Positions 37,425 to 47,716 of a stretch of DNA of 64,000 bases are shown here, piece by piece. Numbering within the stretch: the first letter of the stretch is position 1; every line of letters starts with the position of its first letter. A program made the position numbers and the translations under genes. The stretch covers positions 576,001 to 640,000 of the forward strand of contig CAYLJV010000001.1 of the NCBI GenBank assembly GCA_964384105.1. Direction: 5' to 3'. A model generated the notes under the pieces. That model saw only the letters and a program-made list of their open reading frames with translations. It made no database searches and was not told where the DNA came from. The DNA comes from Candidatus Hadarchaeota archaeon (GTDB lineage: Archaea > Hadarchaeota > Hadarchaeia > Hadarchaeales > JAGGTB01).

Positions 37425-38270
37425 TTGAATAAACCAAAAAATCTGCAAGAGGCTTTGAAGGATAAGCTATCGGAAGAAGAATTGAGTGAACTTGGAACTT
37501 CTTTTGACATAGTTGGAGATATAGGGGTGATCAAGCTCCCCGATTCCCTATTGGAAAAGAAGAGGATAATAGGGGAGGCCCTGTTGAGTGTTCATACTCA
37601 TCTGAGTACCGTTCTTCTCCAAACCAGTCCTGTAAGTGGAGAATTTAGGACTAGGGATTTGGAGGTTATTGCGGGTGAAGAAAAGACAGAGACTGCGCAT
37701 AAAGAATATGGGTGCACTTTCAAAGTAGATCTGAGCAAGGTTTATTTTTCACCGAGACTATCAAATGAGAGGTACAGGATTGCTAAATTGGTTAATTCTG
37801 GCGAGATAGTTACTAATATGTTTTCGGGAGTGGGTTGCTATTCTATAGTAATGGCTAAACATTCTGATCCAGAAAAGGTGTATTCTATAGACAAGAATAG
37901 ACATGCGGTCGAGTATATGGAGGAAAATGTTCGGATTAACAAGGTCGGAGGGGCGGTTGTTCCGGTTCTAGGGGATGCAGAAGAGGTTATTAACAAACAT
38001 CTCAGAGGGAAGTCAGATCGAGTTTTGATGCCTTTACCTGATTTCGCTCGAGATTTTTTGGATTCTGCTCTTCTTACCTTAAAACCGACTGGTGGGGTTA
38101 TTCATTTTTATGATCTTGGAGAAGAACCAAATGTTTTTGATCCCTCTCTTGATTTTGTAGAAAATTTTGTGTCAGGTAGAGAAATTGAACTGAAGAATAA
38201 ACGGATCGTTCGGTCCTATGCTCCGAATTTGTATCACGTAGTCTTAGATTTGGAAGTCAAGAGTCTTTAG
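37425..38270 (+). CDS. Trm5/Taw2 (Met-10+-like) SAM-dependent tRNA-modifying enzyme
   Basis: FDIVGDI, GEFRTR, HKEYG, VYFSPRLSNER, NMFSGVG, DRVLMPLP. Confidence 0.9.
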   Translation: MNKPKNLQEALKDKLSEEELSELGTSFDIVGDIGVIKLPDSLLEKKRIIGEALLSVHTHLSTVLLQTSPVSGEFRTRDLEVIAGEEKTETAHKEYGCTFKVDLSKVYFSPRLSNERYRIAKLVNSGEIVTNMFSGVGCYSIVMAKHSDPEKVYSIDKNRHAVEYMEENVRINKVGGAVVPVLGDAEEVINKHLRGKSDRVLMPLPDFARDFLDSALLTLKPTGGVIHFYDLGEEPNVFDPSLDFVENFVSGREIELKNKRIVRSYAPNLYHVVLDLEVKSL

Positions 38271-38349
38271 ATTAATAATTTATTCTCCCGAGAAACTTTA
38301 GTTATATTTTTAAAGCAAAACCTCAGAGATAATACGTAGAGGCGAAAAG

Positions 38350-38622
38350 ATGTCTAGAATCCTTGCTAGCAGTTTACGCGACATGAGAATTTTAACAGAT
38401 AGAGGACTTCGTGTTGGTAACATTTACGATTTGGGTGTTGATGAGGAGACAGGGAAGATTGAAACTCTCATAATTCAGCCAGAATCACAGGAAGTTGCGC
38501 AGAATTTGACTATGGATGAAGAGGGTAATGCTCTAGTTCCTTACAGCTCTGTTATAGCGATAAGAGATTATATAGTAATAAGCGAGAAGAGTTTAGCTGT
38601 TCAACAATTAAAGAACCGTTAG
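38350..38622 (+). CDS. PRC-barrel protein (CdpB-like)
   Basis: L.DM.ILTDRG..VG.I.D...DEETGKI...VPYSSV.AI.DYIVI. Confidence 0.85.
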   Translation: MSRILASSLRDMRILTDRGLRVGNIYDLGVDEETGKIETLIIQPESQEVAQNLTMDEEGNALVPYSSVIAIRDYIVISEKSLAVQQLKNR

Positions 38623-38819
38623 AAGTTGACTAATTAAGCGTAAAAGAAAGTTTTCGGTGTCTAGTTTCCGAAGTCCCTTTTTTTAATTTCTAGAGTTTAG
38701 GATATGCTCCAAAATTCTGGAGAAACGGAATATAAGCCTATTTTGGTAGCTGTATCAAATCTATATGAATAATTATCTTTTTTTATTAGACCAATGCCAA
38801 TTTTTTATTTTTTGTGCTA

Positions 38820-39509
38820 TTACCAACCGAAATGTAATCTTGTGCCAAATTCTTCAGGTAGTTCGGCTTCCTTTATCTTTTTCTCAGTTTCGTCTACATC
38901 GTATGAGACCCTTTTCTGTGTAATTTCTATGTCTTCCCCCAGTTCTAACAACTTATAACTGGCTTTTGGGTTTCTGTCCCGGGGCTGACCTACGGCTCCG
39001 GGGTTAATAACTAACTTTCCTTGAATAACCTGTTCTAGTGGAACATGAGTGTGCCCGAGTAATATTACATCTGCTTTAGCCTCTTGGGTCATTTTGAGTA
39101 ATGCTCGTTTTGAGGTACTTGGATAGAGATATTCCTTTAGAGGATTCCTTGGAGTTCCATGAGATATGAAGATTTTATACTCATCTATTTTTAGTTGAAG
39201 TTTTTCATCCAAGCCTTTCAAGAAATTTAAATTGCTTTTATTTAGTGTCTTTTTGGTCCAGATAGCAGCTTTTCTAGCATCTTCTGACAAAAAACTAAAA
39301 TTATCAGTGGCTACAGCGTGATCGTGATTCCCAATGCAAGAAACGACATCGTTTGATTTCACCAAATCTATTGTTTCGTTAGGTTGGGGACCGTATCCAA
39401 CTAAATCTCCCGCACATAGTATTTTATCTACTTCACCCATATCTTCTAAAACGGCTTTGAGAGCTGCTAAGTTGGAGTGAGGATCTGCTATGAGACCTAT
39501 TTTTTTCAT
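38820..39509 (-). CDS. calcineurin-like metallophosphoesterase (YfcE-like)
   Basis: DPHSN, GDLVGYG, GNHD, HG, GHTH, NPGAVGQPRD. Confidence 0.92.
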   Translation of the reverse strand: MKKIGLIADPHSNLAALKAVLEDMGEVDKILCAGDLVGYGPQPNETIDLVKSNDVVSCIGNHDHAVATDNFSFLSEDARKAAIWTKKTLNKSNLNFLKGLDEKLQLKIDEYKIFISHGTPRNPLKEYLYPSTSKRALLKMTQEAKADVILLGHTHVPLEQVIQGKLVINPGAVGQPRDRNPKASYKLLELGEDIEITQKRVSYDVDETEKKIKEAELPEEFGTRLHFGW

Positions 39510-39529
39510 AGAAACAGCCTTGTGCAGGT

Positions 39530-42500
39530 TTATTCTAATCTACTAATAGATAATTCGAACTTTTTATCATTGATATTCCATTCTTTACTGTATCTCCGTT
39601 TTACTACTTCGTCTCGATGCCCTATTTCAAGATTTTTTATTCGGACTTCCTGTTTGAGGTAATCTTCTTGATTTTTCAGATATTCTATACTTTTATCGTG
39701 GTTTACCCCGATCGATACGTTTACTCTTTCTTCCATCTCTAAATCCATATCTTTTCTCATTTTCTGGAGTCTTCTTACTACGTCTCGAGTCAAACGTTCA
39801 GACTCTAATTCGGAATCTACTTTAGTATCTATTATTACATCGCCGTAAGCTGATTCTGCTCTTACCAGTTCTGGGGGGAGCTGATTCAGAGTTAGGTTAT
39901 TCAAGCCTATTCTTATCTTCTCACCTTGAACTGTGAGTCCTACAAAGCCTTGTGATTCTACTTGCTGACGTATTTGTTCCATATCCATATGGTGTATTGT
40001 CTCGCTTATCGAACTTGTTAGTTCTCCGAATTGTTCTTCTATAGAGTCAAGATCCACTTCACAGACAAGATCGATTTTTTCCGAGAACTCTTCTTCGGTC
40101 AGTGGTTCTATTTTTTTGCAGTTTAGTTGGTTTAAGAGAATCTTTTCTAGTCTTTTGATGGACTTTTTTACTTCTTCGCTTTCTACTTTTATCATAACCC
40201 TCTTCACGGGCCAACGTCTTTTTAGATCTGCCTTTTGTCTTCCTTTTGCTCCGGCTTCGACTATTTTTTGAATAATCTCCATGTCTATTTCGAGCTGGTC
40301 GTCTATTTTTTCTTCCTCTATTCCTGGCCAGCTAAGTTGATGCACACTTTGTGGGTTGGAAGGTTTAGAATCTCTAAGCATTTTTTGATACATTTCCTCG
40401 GAAGCATAAGGCATGAAAGGAGCCAAGATTCTAGTTAATACATCAAAGATTTTGTAAAGGGTTTCATAAGCTACAGTTTTCTTGGGGTCGTCCTTTTCTA
40501 TCCAGGTCCTCCTTCTTATCAGCTTTATGTACCATCTACTCAGGTCCTCGAGTACGAATGATTCGATAGCCCTCGTAGCCTTGTGAAAGTGTTTTTCTTC
40601 CAGCTTTTCCGTTACTTCTTTTACGGTCCCGTTCAACCTGGAAAGTATCCATTTGTCTTCTATCTCAAGATTATCATCAATTTTTTGTTGTTCAATGGTA
40701 TTTGGTTCGAAATCGTCCAGGCTCATATAGGTGGTAGTGAAGACTAGACTATTCCATAGAACCTTGAGGAACCGGTTTGCTACTTCTACCTCATCCCAGT
40801 TGAATCTAAGATCTTCCCAGACCGGGCTTGTGTGGAGCATATAGAATCTTAATACATCTGCACCGTGTTTCTCTATGATTTCTGATGGTTCCACTACGTT
40901 TCCCAGAGACTTTGACATCTTCCTGCCCTCTTCGTCCAGAGTGAAACCGTGCATCAAGGCCTCTCTGTAGGGCAGGTCCTCGAAGGTGATTATCGAAGCG
41001 GCCTGTTGCCCATAGAACCAGTTCGTAACCTGGTCTTCACCCTCCGTTATGAAATCGCTAGGCCAGTATCTCTCTAGTTTTTCCTTTTCTTTTGGGAATC
41101 CTAGCGTTGCCCAAGGTGCGATACTGGAGTCGAACCAGACATCGAGAACGTCTGGTATCCTGTTCATTTTTCCACCACAGTGAGGACATTCAATTTTTAC
41201 GTTGTCTATATCTGGTCTGTGTAGGTCAATATTTTGGTGTTCTCCAGTAGACTTCTGGAAGAGTTCTGTTTTACTCCCTATGATTTCCCTATGATCACAG
41301 TTATTACATACCCAGATGGGGAGTGGAATTCCCCAGTATCTTTGTCTGGAGATACACCAGTCTCCTACCGATTCTACTCCATCGTTGTATCTTTTTTTGG
41401 CCCATTCTGGTATCCAATGAACTTTCTCGTTATTTTGTTCGATGATTTGGGGTTTTATTTTGCCAATATTCAGAAACCATTGTTTTGTAGCTCGGAATAT
41501 TAGAGGTGTGTCGCATCTCCAACAGTGAGGGTAAGAGTGCCGAATGAGACCTTTTTTCATCAGGATTTCCTTATTTTCTAGATCATTCATGATCACTTCG
41601 TTGGCGTCCTTGACGTACATTCCGGCATACCTTCCAGCTTCCTCGGTAAATTTTCCATCATCTCCAACCGGACTGAAAACGGGAAGATCATACTTTTTTC
41701 CTATCTCAAAGTCCTCTTCTCCATGTCCAGGTGCTGTATGGACACAGCCTGTACCTTCTTCGATAGTTACGTGTTCTCCTGTGATCACTCTATGGGTGGA
41801 TTTGAAGTCATTCTGTTTTGGGACCTCTTCGAGGAGTGGGTGTTCGTATCTTAATCCTTCCAGTTCTTTCCCTTTAACGAGATCAACTCTTTTGTAGTCG
41901 TATATATTGAGTTCTTTCATTACTTTTGATACGAGCGCTTCGGCTATTATGTAGGTATCATTTCCCACTTCTACCTTTGCATAATACAAATCGGGATGGA
42001 CACAGACTGCTACGTTCGCAGGAATTGTCCAAGGAGTAGTAGTCCAAACGAGTAAGTATTCGTTTGTTGTGTATGTGAGCTTGAATCGAGCGTATATTGA
42101 GGGATCCTTTACTTGTCTATATTCCCCTCTAACTTCATGTTGGGCTAGAGCTGTTTCACAGCGGGGACACCATTGAATAACCTGCGCTCTTTTTTCCATA
42201 AGGTTTTTCTCGTCAGCTTTTTTGAGGGTCCACCAAGCTGATTCGAGATAATCATTTTCAAAAGTTAGGTACGGATCGTCCCAGTCCATCCAGACTCCGA
42301 GCCTCTTAAACTGCTCGGTCATAATGTCTACATGTTCAGTGGCCCACTTCTTACACTCATCGATGAATTGTTTGATTCCTATTTTTTCTTCTATGTCTTT
42401 CTTCGATTTCACTCCTATTTTTTCTTCAACCTTGACTTCTATTGGCAAGCCGTGACAATCCCAGCCTGGTTGTCTCCTGACGTTGAACCCTCGCATAGTC

Positions 42501-42715
42501 TTAAATCGTAAAACAGTATCTTTGATGAGTTTATTCCATGCTGTACCCAAGTGAATACTACCACTAGCATAAGGAGGACCATCCAAGAAATACCAATCTG
42601 GATCATTTTGGTGGTCTTCTTTCACTTTTTCATAAATTTGTTCGGATTCCCACCAATTTTTGATTTCATCTTCTCTTTGCTTTGCAGTATATTCTTTTGG
42701 AGCTTCTACAACCAT
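39530..42715 (-). CDS. ileS: isoleucine--tRNA ligase
   Basis: DGPPYASGSIHLGT, GWDCHGLP, WTTTPWT, ISRQRYWG, KMSKS. Confidence 0.98.
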   Translation of the reverse strand: MVVEAPKEYTAKQREDEIKNWWESEQIYEKVKEDHQNDPDWYFLDGPPYASGSIHLGTAWNKLIKDTVLRFKTMRGFNVRRQPGWDCHGLPIEVKVEEKIGVKSKKDIEEKIGIKQFIDECKKWATEHVDIMTEQFKRLGVWMDWDDPYLTFENDYLESAWWTLKKADEKNLMEKRAQVIQWCPRCETALAQHEVRGEYRQVKDPSIYARFKLTYTTNEYLLVWTTTPWTIPANVAVCVHPDLYYAKVEVGNDTYIIAEALVSKVMKELNIYDYKRVDLVKGKELEGLRYEHPLLEEVPKQNDFKSTHRVITGEHVTIEEGTGCVHTAPGHGEEDFEIGKKYDLPVFSPVGDDGKFTEEAGRYAGMYVKDANEVIMNDLENKEILMKKGLIRHSYPHCWRCDTPLIFRATKQWFLNIGKIKPQIIEQNNEKVHWIPEWAKKRYNDGVESVGDWCISRQRYWGIPLPIWVCNNCDHREIIGSKTELFQKSTGEHQNIDLHRPDIDNVKIECPHCGGKMNRIPDVLDVWFDSSIAPWATLGFPKEKEKLERYWPSDFITEGEDQVTNWFYGQQAASIITFEDLPYREALMHGFTLDEEGRKMSKSLGNVVEPSEIIEKHGADVLRFYMLHTSPVWEDLRFNWDEVEVANRFLKVLWNSLVFTTTYMSLDDFEPNTIEQQKIDDNLEIEDKWILSRLNGTVKEVTEKLEEKHFHKATRAIESFVLEDLSRWYIKLIRRRTWIEKDDPKKTVAYETLYKIFDVLTRILAPFMPYASEEMYQKMLRDSKPSNPQSVHQLSWPGIEEEKIDDQLEIDMEIIQKIVEAGAKGRQKADLKRRWPVKRVMIKVESEEVKKSIKRLEKILLNQLNCKKIEPLTEEEFSEKIDLVCEVDLDSIEEQFGELTSSISETIHHMDMEQIRQQVESQGFVGLTVQGEKIRIGLNNLTLNQLPPELVRAESAYGDVIIDTKVDSELESERLTRDVVRRLQKMRKDMDLEMEERVNVSIGVNHDKSIEYLKNQEDYLKQEVRIKNLEIGHRDEVVKRRYSKEWNINDKKFELSISRLE

Positions 42716-42903
42716 AATTTCACCATTTGATTTTTTGTTGATTCACAAGATAACTAAAAAATACCTATAAAAAAAGGTATCCCTGAGCAATCTTTCTTAG
42801 TAGTTTGTTAAATTAATATTGATTATTTAGGTTATTATTTTCAACTAATTCTCCCAAAGCTTTTCTAAGAAGTTAAGAGTTTCAGATTTGGGGGTAGGGA
42901 TAG

Positions 42904-44049
42904 ATCGTTGAGAATTTTGTAATTATCGGAGCGGGTGTTGCAGGGGTATCTGCGGCCAAGGAGATAAAGAATAACAGTGATGCAGATGTTATTGTTCTAA
43001 GTAACGAGAATGTGCCATTTTATAGTAGACCCCAATTGATTGAGTATATCTCTGGTAAGGTATCTTTGGAAGAGATAATAATCCACGATGAAAGCTGGTT
43101 TAAAGAAGAGGAAATTGGATTAAAGCTAGATGAACCCGCTATGGGGATAAATCCGGGGAAGAAGATGGTATTTACTTCTGAGAGGAGATATTATTATGAT
43201 CGTCTTCTTATAACCACCGGCGCACAACCTTTTTTACCACCTGTAATGGATAATGAAGAGAAAAATATTTTCACTCTAAGGGATATTGAGGATGTCGAGT
43301 CTATCAGACAAAAGGCAGAAAATTCTAACAAAGCAGTAGTAATAGGTGGGGGAGTACTTGGAGTGGAGTCGGCTTTTAGTCTTAGAAAACTTGGTTTAGA
43401 TGTAGTAGTAATAGCAATTTCTGACCATTTAATGCCAAAACAGTTAGATGAACGGGGTAGTGCGATACTGCAGAACTATCTTGAAGAAGAAGGATTAGAG
43501 TTCTTCCTTAATTCAAGAGTTTCGGAATTTAGTGGGAATCAGGAATTAGAGTCTGTTAGATTCGACGATGGGTCCGACCTACCGGCGGATATGGCTTTGC
43601 TTTGTGCGGGGGTCAGGCCAAATACGGAGCTAGTAGAGAATCTGGGGTTACTAGTTGATAATGGAATTGTTGTGGATGAGTACATGAGGACGTCTTTTGA
43701 AGGAGTATACGCTGCAGGTGATGTTGCTGAATATAACGGTCGGATTTACGGTCTCTGGGAGGAGGCGAGAGTTCAAGGAGAAACAGCGGGGGCCAATATG
43801 AGTGGACAAGTGAAAAAATTTTCTGATTTTATTCCAATCTGTAGACTCAAAATTCCAGGAATTAAGGTGATTTCCGGCGGTGAGGTACGGGGCCACGATA
43901 AACAAGATTCGGAAGTTGAAGAAAGAGCTAATTCTTATAAGAAAATCATCAGGAACGCCGAAGATAAAATTTCAGGATTTATAATCATCGGAGAAGAGTT
44001 CCTCAAGGATATGAATAGTATATTGAGAGAAATGAGGGATAGTAATTGA
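42904..44049 (+). CDS. NAD(P)/FAD-dependent oxidoreductase (rubredoxin-reductase / NirB-N-like)
   Basis: The FAD motif IIGAGVAG lies in frame upstream of the called GTG (43012); frame is open to ATC 42904. Also GGGVLGVE and YAAGDVAE. Confidence 0.88.
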   Translation: MVENFVIIGAGVAGVSAAKEIKNNSDADVIVLSNENVPFYSRPQLIEYISGKVSLEEIIIHDESWFKEEEIGLKLDEPAMGINPGKKMVFTSERRYYYDRLLITTGAQPFLPPVMDNEEKNIFTLRDIEDVESIRQKAENSNKAVVIGGGVLGVESAFSLRKLGLDVVVIAISDHLMPKQLDERGSAILQNYLEEEGLEFFLNSRVSEFSGNQELESVRFDDGSDLPADMALLCAGVRPNTELVENLGLLVDNGIVVDEYMRTSFEGVYAAGDVAEYNGRIYGLWEEARVQGETAGANMSGQVKKFSDFIPICRLKIPGIKVISGGEVRGHDKQDSEVEERANSYKKIIRNAEDKISGFIIIGEEFLKDMNSILREMRDSN

Positions 44050-44132
44050 AAATTTGCGGAAATTCTGGTGAGAACAGAAGAGGGTGTAGTTTACAGTATC
44101 TGAATTTATCCATTAGGTCTACTAATAACCTT

Positions 44133-44318
44133 TCATTTGTTTGCTTTTAAACCGAGATCAAAGACGGAAGAACAGTTTGGACAAATAAATTTCCACTTAA
44201 GCTCGTCAGTATCTTTTATCTTTTCAAACATAGAGTGAAAACCGTCTTTATATCCACATTCCGGGCAATTTTTGAAAGAGTTTTCGATTTCAATTTTTTT
44301 AGTATCTTTTTCACTCAT
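44133..44318 (-). CDS. small CPxCG zinc-finger protein
   Basis: CPECGYKDGFH...ICPNCS..FDLG. Confidence 0.8.
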   Translation of the reverse strand: MSEKDTKKIEIENSFKNCPECGYKDGFHSMFEKIKDTDELKWKFICPNCSSVFDLGLKANK

Positions 44319-44375
44319 CGATTCTGCTTGTTTAGTTGAGCTTTTAAGAATTTTTCCAATTTTTGTGGTTAGAGC

Positions 44376-44522
44376 TTAGTTTTGATTCAAAATGCTAGCA
44401 ATCCGAAATTTTGTAGGTATTTCCCCTTTGCTAAAATAGATAACAAGCAGAATAAACACTAAGATAAGAGCCACTATTACAACATAGGAAAAATATTTCC
44501 TTAAATTTTCCTTCTCTTTCAA
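44376..44522 (-). CDS. small single-TM protein (48 aa; not in ORF track)
   Basis: TTG start: MKEKENLRKYFSYVVIVALILVFILLVIYFSKGEIPTKFRIASILNQN; co-oriented with its neighbours. Confidence 0.45.
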   Translation of the reverse strand: MKEKENLRKYFSYVVIVALILVFILLVIYFSKGEIPTKFRIASILNQN

Positions 44523-44588
44523 TCCAGCATCACTTAGATTGTACTATTTCTTCGCCATTTTATTATTTTTAGAAATTTTCGAAGAAAT

Positions 44589-45269
44589 TTATCCCTCGTC
44601 TTCAGGTGGGCCGGTTACTATAATACCCTCGTCTGTTATTTCCAATGGACACATCCGGTCTGTATGCCGAGAACCTCGCATTTTAATGACTTCGATTGCT
44701 CGAGTTTTCTCTATATCGCCATCGTAGTGAAGTATTATTATCCCGTCTACTACCTCTTCTATCCCTATTCCCGGTTTTGAGGTCATTACAGATGTTACTT
44801 TGTTTTCACAGAGTTCGCTCCGTAACTTAGAGATTGCTGCTTTGAAGTCTCGTTTATTGTCGAATAGTTCCGAGAACTCATCTATTCCATCGATCGCTAG
44901 TCTTTCTGCTCCCGTTTCTTTAATTTTCTCTATTAGTTCATCGACGATTTCGTTTGTTTTGTTTATTCCAGTACTAAATCCTTCTAGTCGACCTGGTGAC
45001 CCACCTAGTATAGTCAGGGTTCCTTCGTTCTCGAGTCGCTTCGTCTGCCAATTGAATTGCTTGGCATATCTATGGATACTTTTTCGGTCATCCACAAAAC
45101 TCACTAATATTCCGGGTTCGCCTTGATTGGCTATGCCGCTTACTAGGTATTGGAGGGAAAATATTGTTTTTCCCGTTCCATAGTTTCCTATTAAGAGTAT
45201 TGAATTACCCTGTGGAATTCCTCCATCTACAAGTTTTCCTAGATTTTCTATACCTACATCTATCCTCAT
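44589..45269 (-). CDS. single-domain KaiC-like / RAD55-family ATPase
   Basis: GGIPQG, GNYGTGKT, AIDG, VIKMRGSRH. Confidence 0.9.
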   Translation of the reverse strand: MRIDVGIENLGKLVDGGIPQGNSILLIGNYGTGKTIFSLQYLVSGIANQGEPGILVSFVDDRKSIHRYAKQFNWQTKRLENEGTLTILGGSPGRLEGFSTGINKTNEIVDELIEKIKETGAERLAIDGIDEFSELFDNKRDFKAAISKLRSELCENKVTSVMTSKPGIGIEEVVDGIIILHYDGDIEKTRAIEVIKMRGSRHTDRMCPLEITDEGIIVTGPPEDEG

Positions 45270-45435
45270 CCGAGAACACCACCGGTTTTTAAGAAAAAAG
45301 CTTTGGCTTTGGGGTCTTTTTTACGATTTTTTGATTTCTCATACATTTTAATCATTTTTTTATTTATCCAATATTTTATTCTGTCAAGGATTGTTTATTC
45401 AAATTTTTCGTGGTTTCCTGTATTGTTTTCGGAGT

Positions 45436-45597
45436 TTATTGTGCCGCAATTTCTAAAGTATCTGCGAGTTGGTGTTGTGCCTTGATTAGTATTGATTCTA
45501 CTTTCCAATCGCCGTATTTCTGGCAAGTTTTTATCTTGCCCTCTAAATCCTCAATCTGGTTTTCAATTTCAACTTCAAATTCTCTCTTTGTTTCCAT
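45436..45597 (-). CDS. small helical hypothetical protein (53 aa; not in ORF track)
   Basis: SD AGGT, then ATG: METKREFEVEIENQIEDLEGKIKTCQKYGDWKVESILIKAQHQLADTLEIAAQ. Confidence 0.55.
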   Translation of the reverse strand: METKREFEVEIENQIEDLEGKIKTCQKYGDWKVESILIKAQHQLADTLEIAAQ

Positions 45598-45784
45598 ATT
45601 GTTACCTTGCTTTGAGTTCTTTCTAGCCCACTATCAGTTAAGTGAACAATAAAAAGGTTAGCTGACGCGTTTTGTGATTGATTCACGAAAAAAGTGAACG
45701 TACGCCGTTTTTTCGAAAATAGAGAACCAATCTGAAATACGAATATAATCTTTAGGAACTAGAACAGTACAATTTATTAGTACC

Positions 45785-45800
45785 ATTAGTAAGTACTAAT
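45785..45800. promoter_or_regulatory. palindromic site upstream of the UbiA-family gene
   Basis: ATTAGTA-AG-TACTAAT, with an extra half-site at 45776 and a related site at 47657-47672. Confidence 0.5.
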
Positions 45801-45866
45801 TTGGGGTTGGCTGGAACCGAGGTGTATCTTCTAAAAGGGGGAGTGATAGGAGCGAGGTTGAAATAG

Positions 45867-46763
45867 ATGGATTATAAACGTCTTTTAAGAATTTTCCTAG
45901 TGCCCGGCCTGCTTTTAAAGTCGCGTGTTCGGGTGATTGTGGGGTTTACCTCTTATGCTTTGTTGGGATTAGTCATAACGATATTAGTCGGAAATAACCT
46001 ATCTTTATCTAGTATCTGGATAAATGTTCTGTTTTTAGGAATTGCGTGGGTCTTTCTTTCTGCTGGAGTTTATGTATTAAATGATATCTGTGATATTAGC
46101 CTAGATAAGATAAGTGAATCTGAGCGGCCGCTTGTTACTAACGATATAACCAAAAATGAAGCTATTGTTGCAGTTATCGCGTTTCTCTCCTTGTCTTTTA
46201 TCTTCTCTGCTCAATTAGGTCTCTTAACACTGCTTATATTCCTGACTTGTATGGGATTGGGTATAGTTTACTCCATTCCTCCAATTCACCTTAAAAGGAG
46301 GATATTTGGTAAACAACTTACTCTCGGTATAAGTGCAGCTCTTTCGATACTTGCTGGTGGAAGCGCTTTTGGGTATTTCCCCTCGGTTCTTATCTATGCT
46401 ATTCTAGTTATATTTCCGTTCATGTCGATATCCACGGTAATTGCGGATCTGAAAGATATAAAGGCCGATACTTCGGCAGATTATAGAACTCTTGCAATTG
46501 CTTTAGGAGCTAAGAAATCAATAGATTTGGCCATATATGGACTAGTAGCTATGATTGGGTTAGCAGTTCCTGGTGTTATCTACTTTAACTTAAATCCAGC
46601 CTTTCTTTTGATAATCCTCCCTCTTTTAGGGTTAAATCTCAAGAGATACTTAGAATTTCGGAATTCTAATGTTGATTGGGGTGAATATAAGAAACTACTA
46701 ATGTTGCATAAAATTTCGGGACCACTCTTCCAATTAGGGATAGTAATTGGTTTGATCTTTTGA
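45867..46763 (+). CDS. UbiA-family prenyltransferase (second paralog)
   Basis: YVLNDICDISLDKISESERPL, YSIPPIHLKR, DLKDIKAD; multiple TM helices. Confidence 0.9.
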   Translation: MDYKRLLRIFLVPGLLLKSRVRVIVGFTSYALLGLVITILVGNNLSLSSIWINVLFLGIAWVFLSAGVYVLNDICDISLDKISESERPLVTNDITKNEAIVAVIAFLSLSFIFSAQLGLLTLLIFLTCMGLGIVYSIPPIHLKRRIFGKQLTLGISAALSILAGGSAFGYFPSVLIYAILVIFPFMSISTVIADLKDIKADTSADYRTLAIALGAKKSIDLAIYGLVAMIGLAVPGVIYFNLNPAFLLIILPLLGLNLKRYLEFRNSNVDWGEYKKLLMLHKISGPLFQLGIVIGLIF

Positions 46764-46769
46764 ATTATC

Positions 46770-47591
46770 CTACTCGTTTGGGCAAATATCTAGAATATGG
46801 GGATCTATCTGGTTGTATGGTATTTGGGGTTTTTCTGCCATATCATACAGTTCGTGGAATAGCTCTCTGAGTTTTTCGCTCAATTTCTCATTCTCTAGAA
46901 CAATTGCAAAGAAGAATTCGTTTGGATGGAGAGGATCCAGTACTTCTAGGAATGATACTTTCTTGTCTTGTACTCCAAAGGAAAATGGCAGATTTGGAAC
47001 TACTCTACCTTTATTTCTTGTAAATTCTACTAGCTTCTTCAGTCTATTTAGGGGAAATATGGCTCTCGATAGTTCAAAAGTGTCTGAAAGCGTCAGCTTC
47101 CTAGTAATACCTTTTATTTCTATTTCATCTGAGCGTTCTACAATAGTATTTAAAACGGGGTGATCAATATATCGTGAAGCGATCAGGAGTTCATCTTCTG
47201 CACTTTCTATCAGGGTTTTTACTTTTTTAATTGATTTTCTGTGATCTGTAACAATGTCTGATTTTATTTTCTTTCCTTCAAAGTTCATAAAGGAGGAATC
47301 TTCTTTGGATTCATTCATAGAGTTCATGATTTTACTAGCTAGATGATATAGTTTGTCTCCTTTTTCGGTTCTAACATATCCTTCACCCTCTTTTCTTATT
47401 ACACCAAGGTTCTTCAGTTCTCTTAGTCTAGAATAATACTGTCTTTTTGTTAATCCAAGTTCCGCATGCGTTCCTCTTTTTGAGGTTAGTTTGGAGCTCG
47501 CTTCTTTGAGTATGGTAAGGGAACCTTCTCTTGAAAGTGCGGAGAGTATCTTCCTATCAGAATTAGTGAATTTTTTTTCCCCTTCAAGCAT
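46770..47591 (-). CDS. winged-helix regulator with a PLD-like (TrmB-type) C-terminal domain
   Basis: LGLTKRQYYSRLRELKNLGVI..EGEGY..TEKG; LIESAEDELLIASRY; FSFGVQD. Confidence 0.8.
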   Translation of the reverse strand: MLEGEKKFTNSDRKILSALSREGSLTILKEASSKLTSKRGTHAELGLTKRQYYSRLRELKNLGVIRKEGEGYVRTEKGDKLYHLASKIMNSMNESKEDSSFMNFEGKKIKSDIVTDHRKSIKKVKTLIESAEDELLIASRYIDHPVLNTIVERSDEIEIKGITRKLTLSDTFELSRAIFPLNRLKKLVEFTRNKGRVVPNLPFSFGVQDKKVSFLEVLDPLHPNEFFFAIVLENEKLSEKLRELFHELYDMAEKPQIPYNQIDPHILDICPNE

Positions 47592-47656
47592 CTATTAGCA
47601 CCTAGGAGGGCCCTTGAGAAATTATAATGTTTCAGCCTTTTTAAATAAGCAGAAAT

Positions 47657-47672
47657 TATTGTACGTACTAAT
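47657..47672. promoter_or_regulatory. related palindromic site upstream of the wHTH/TrmB-like regulator
   Basis: TATTGTA-CG-TACTAAT, next to a minus-strand TATA box. Confidence 0.4.
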
Positions 47673-47716
47673 AGTATGATCAGCTCAATATAATTTTAGA
47701 GATGTGACCTGATGAT

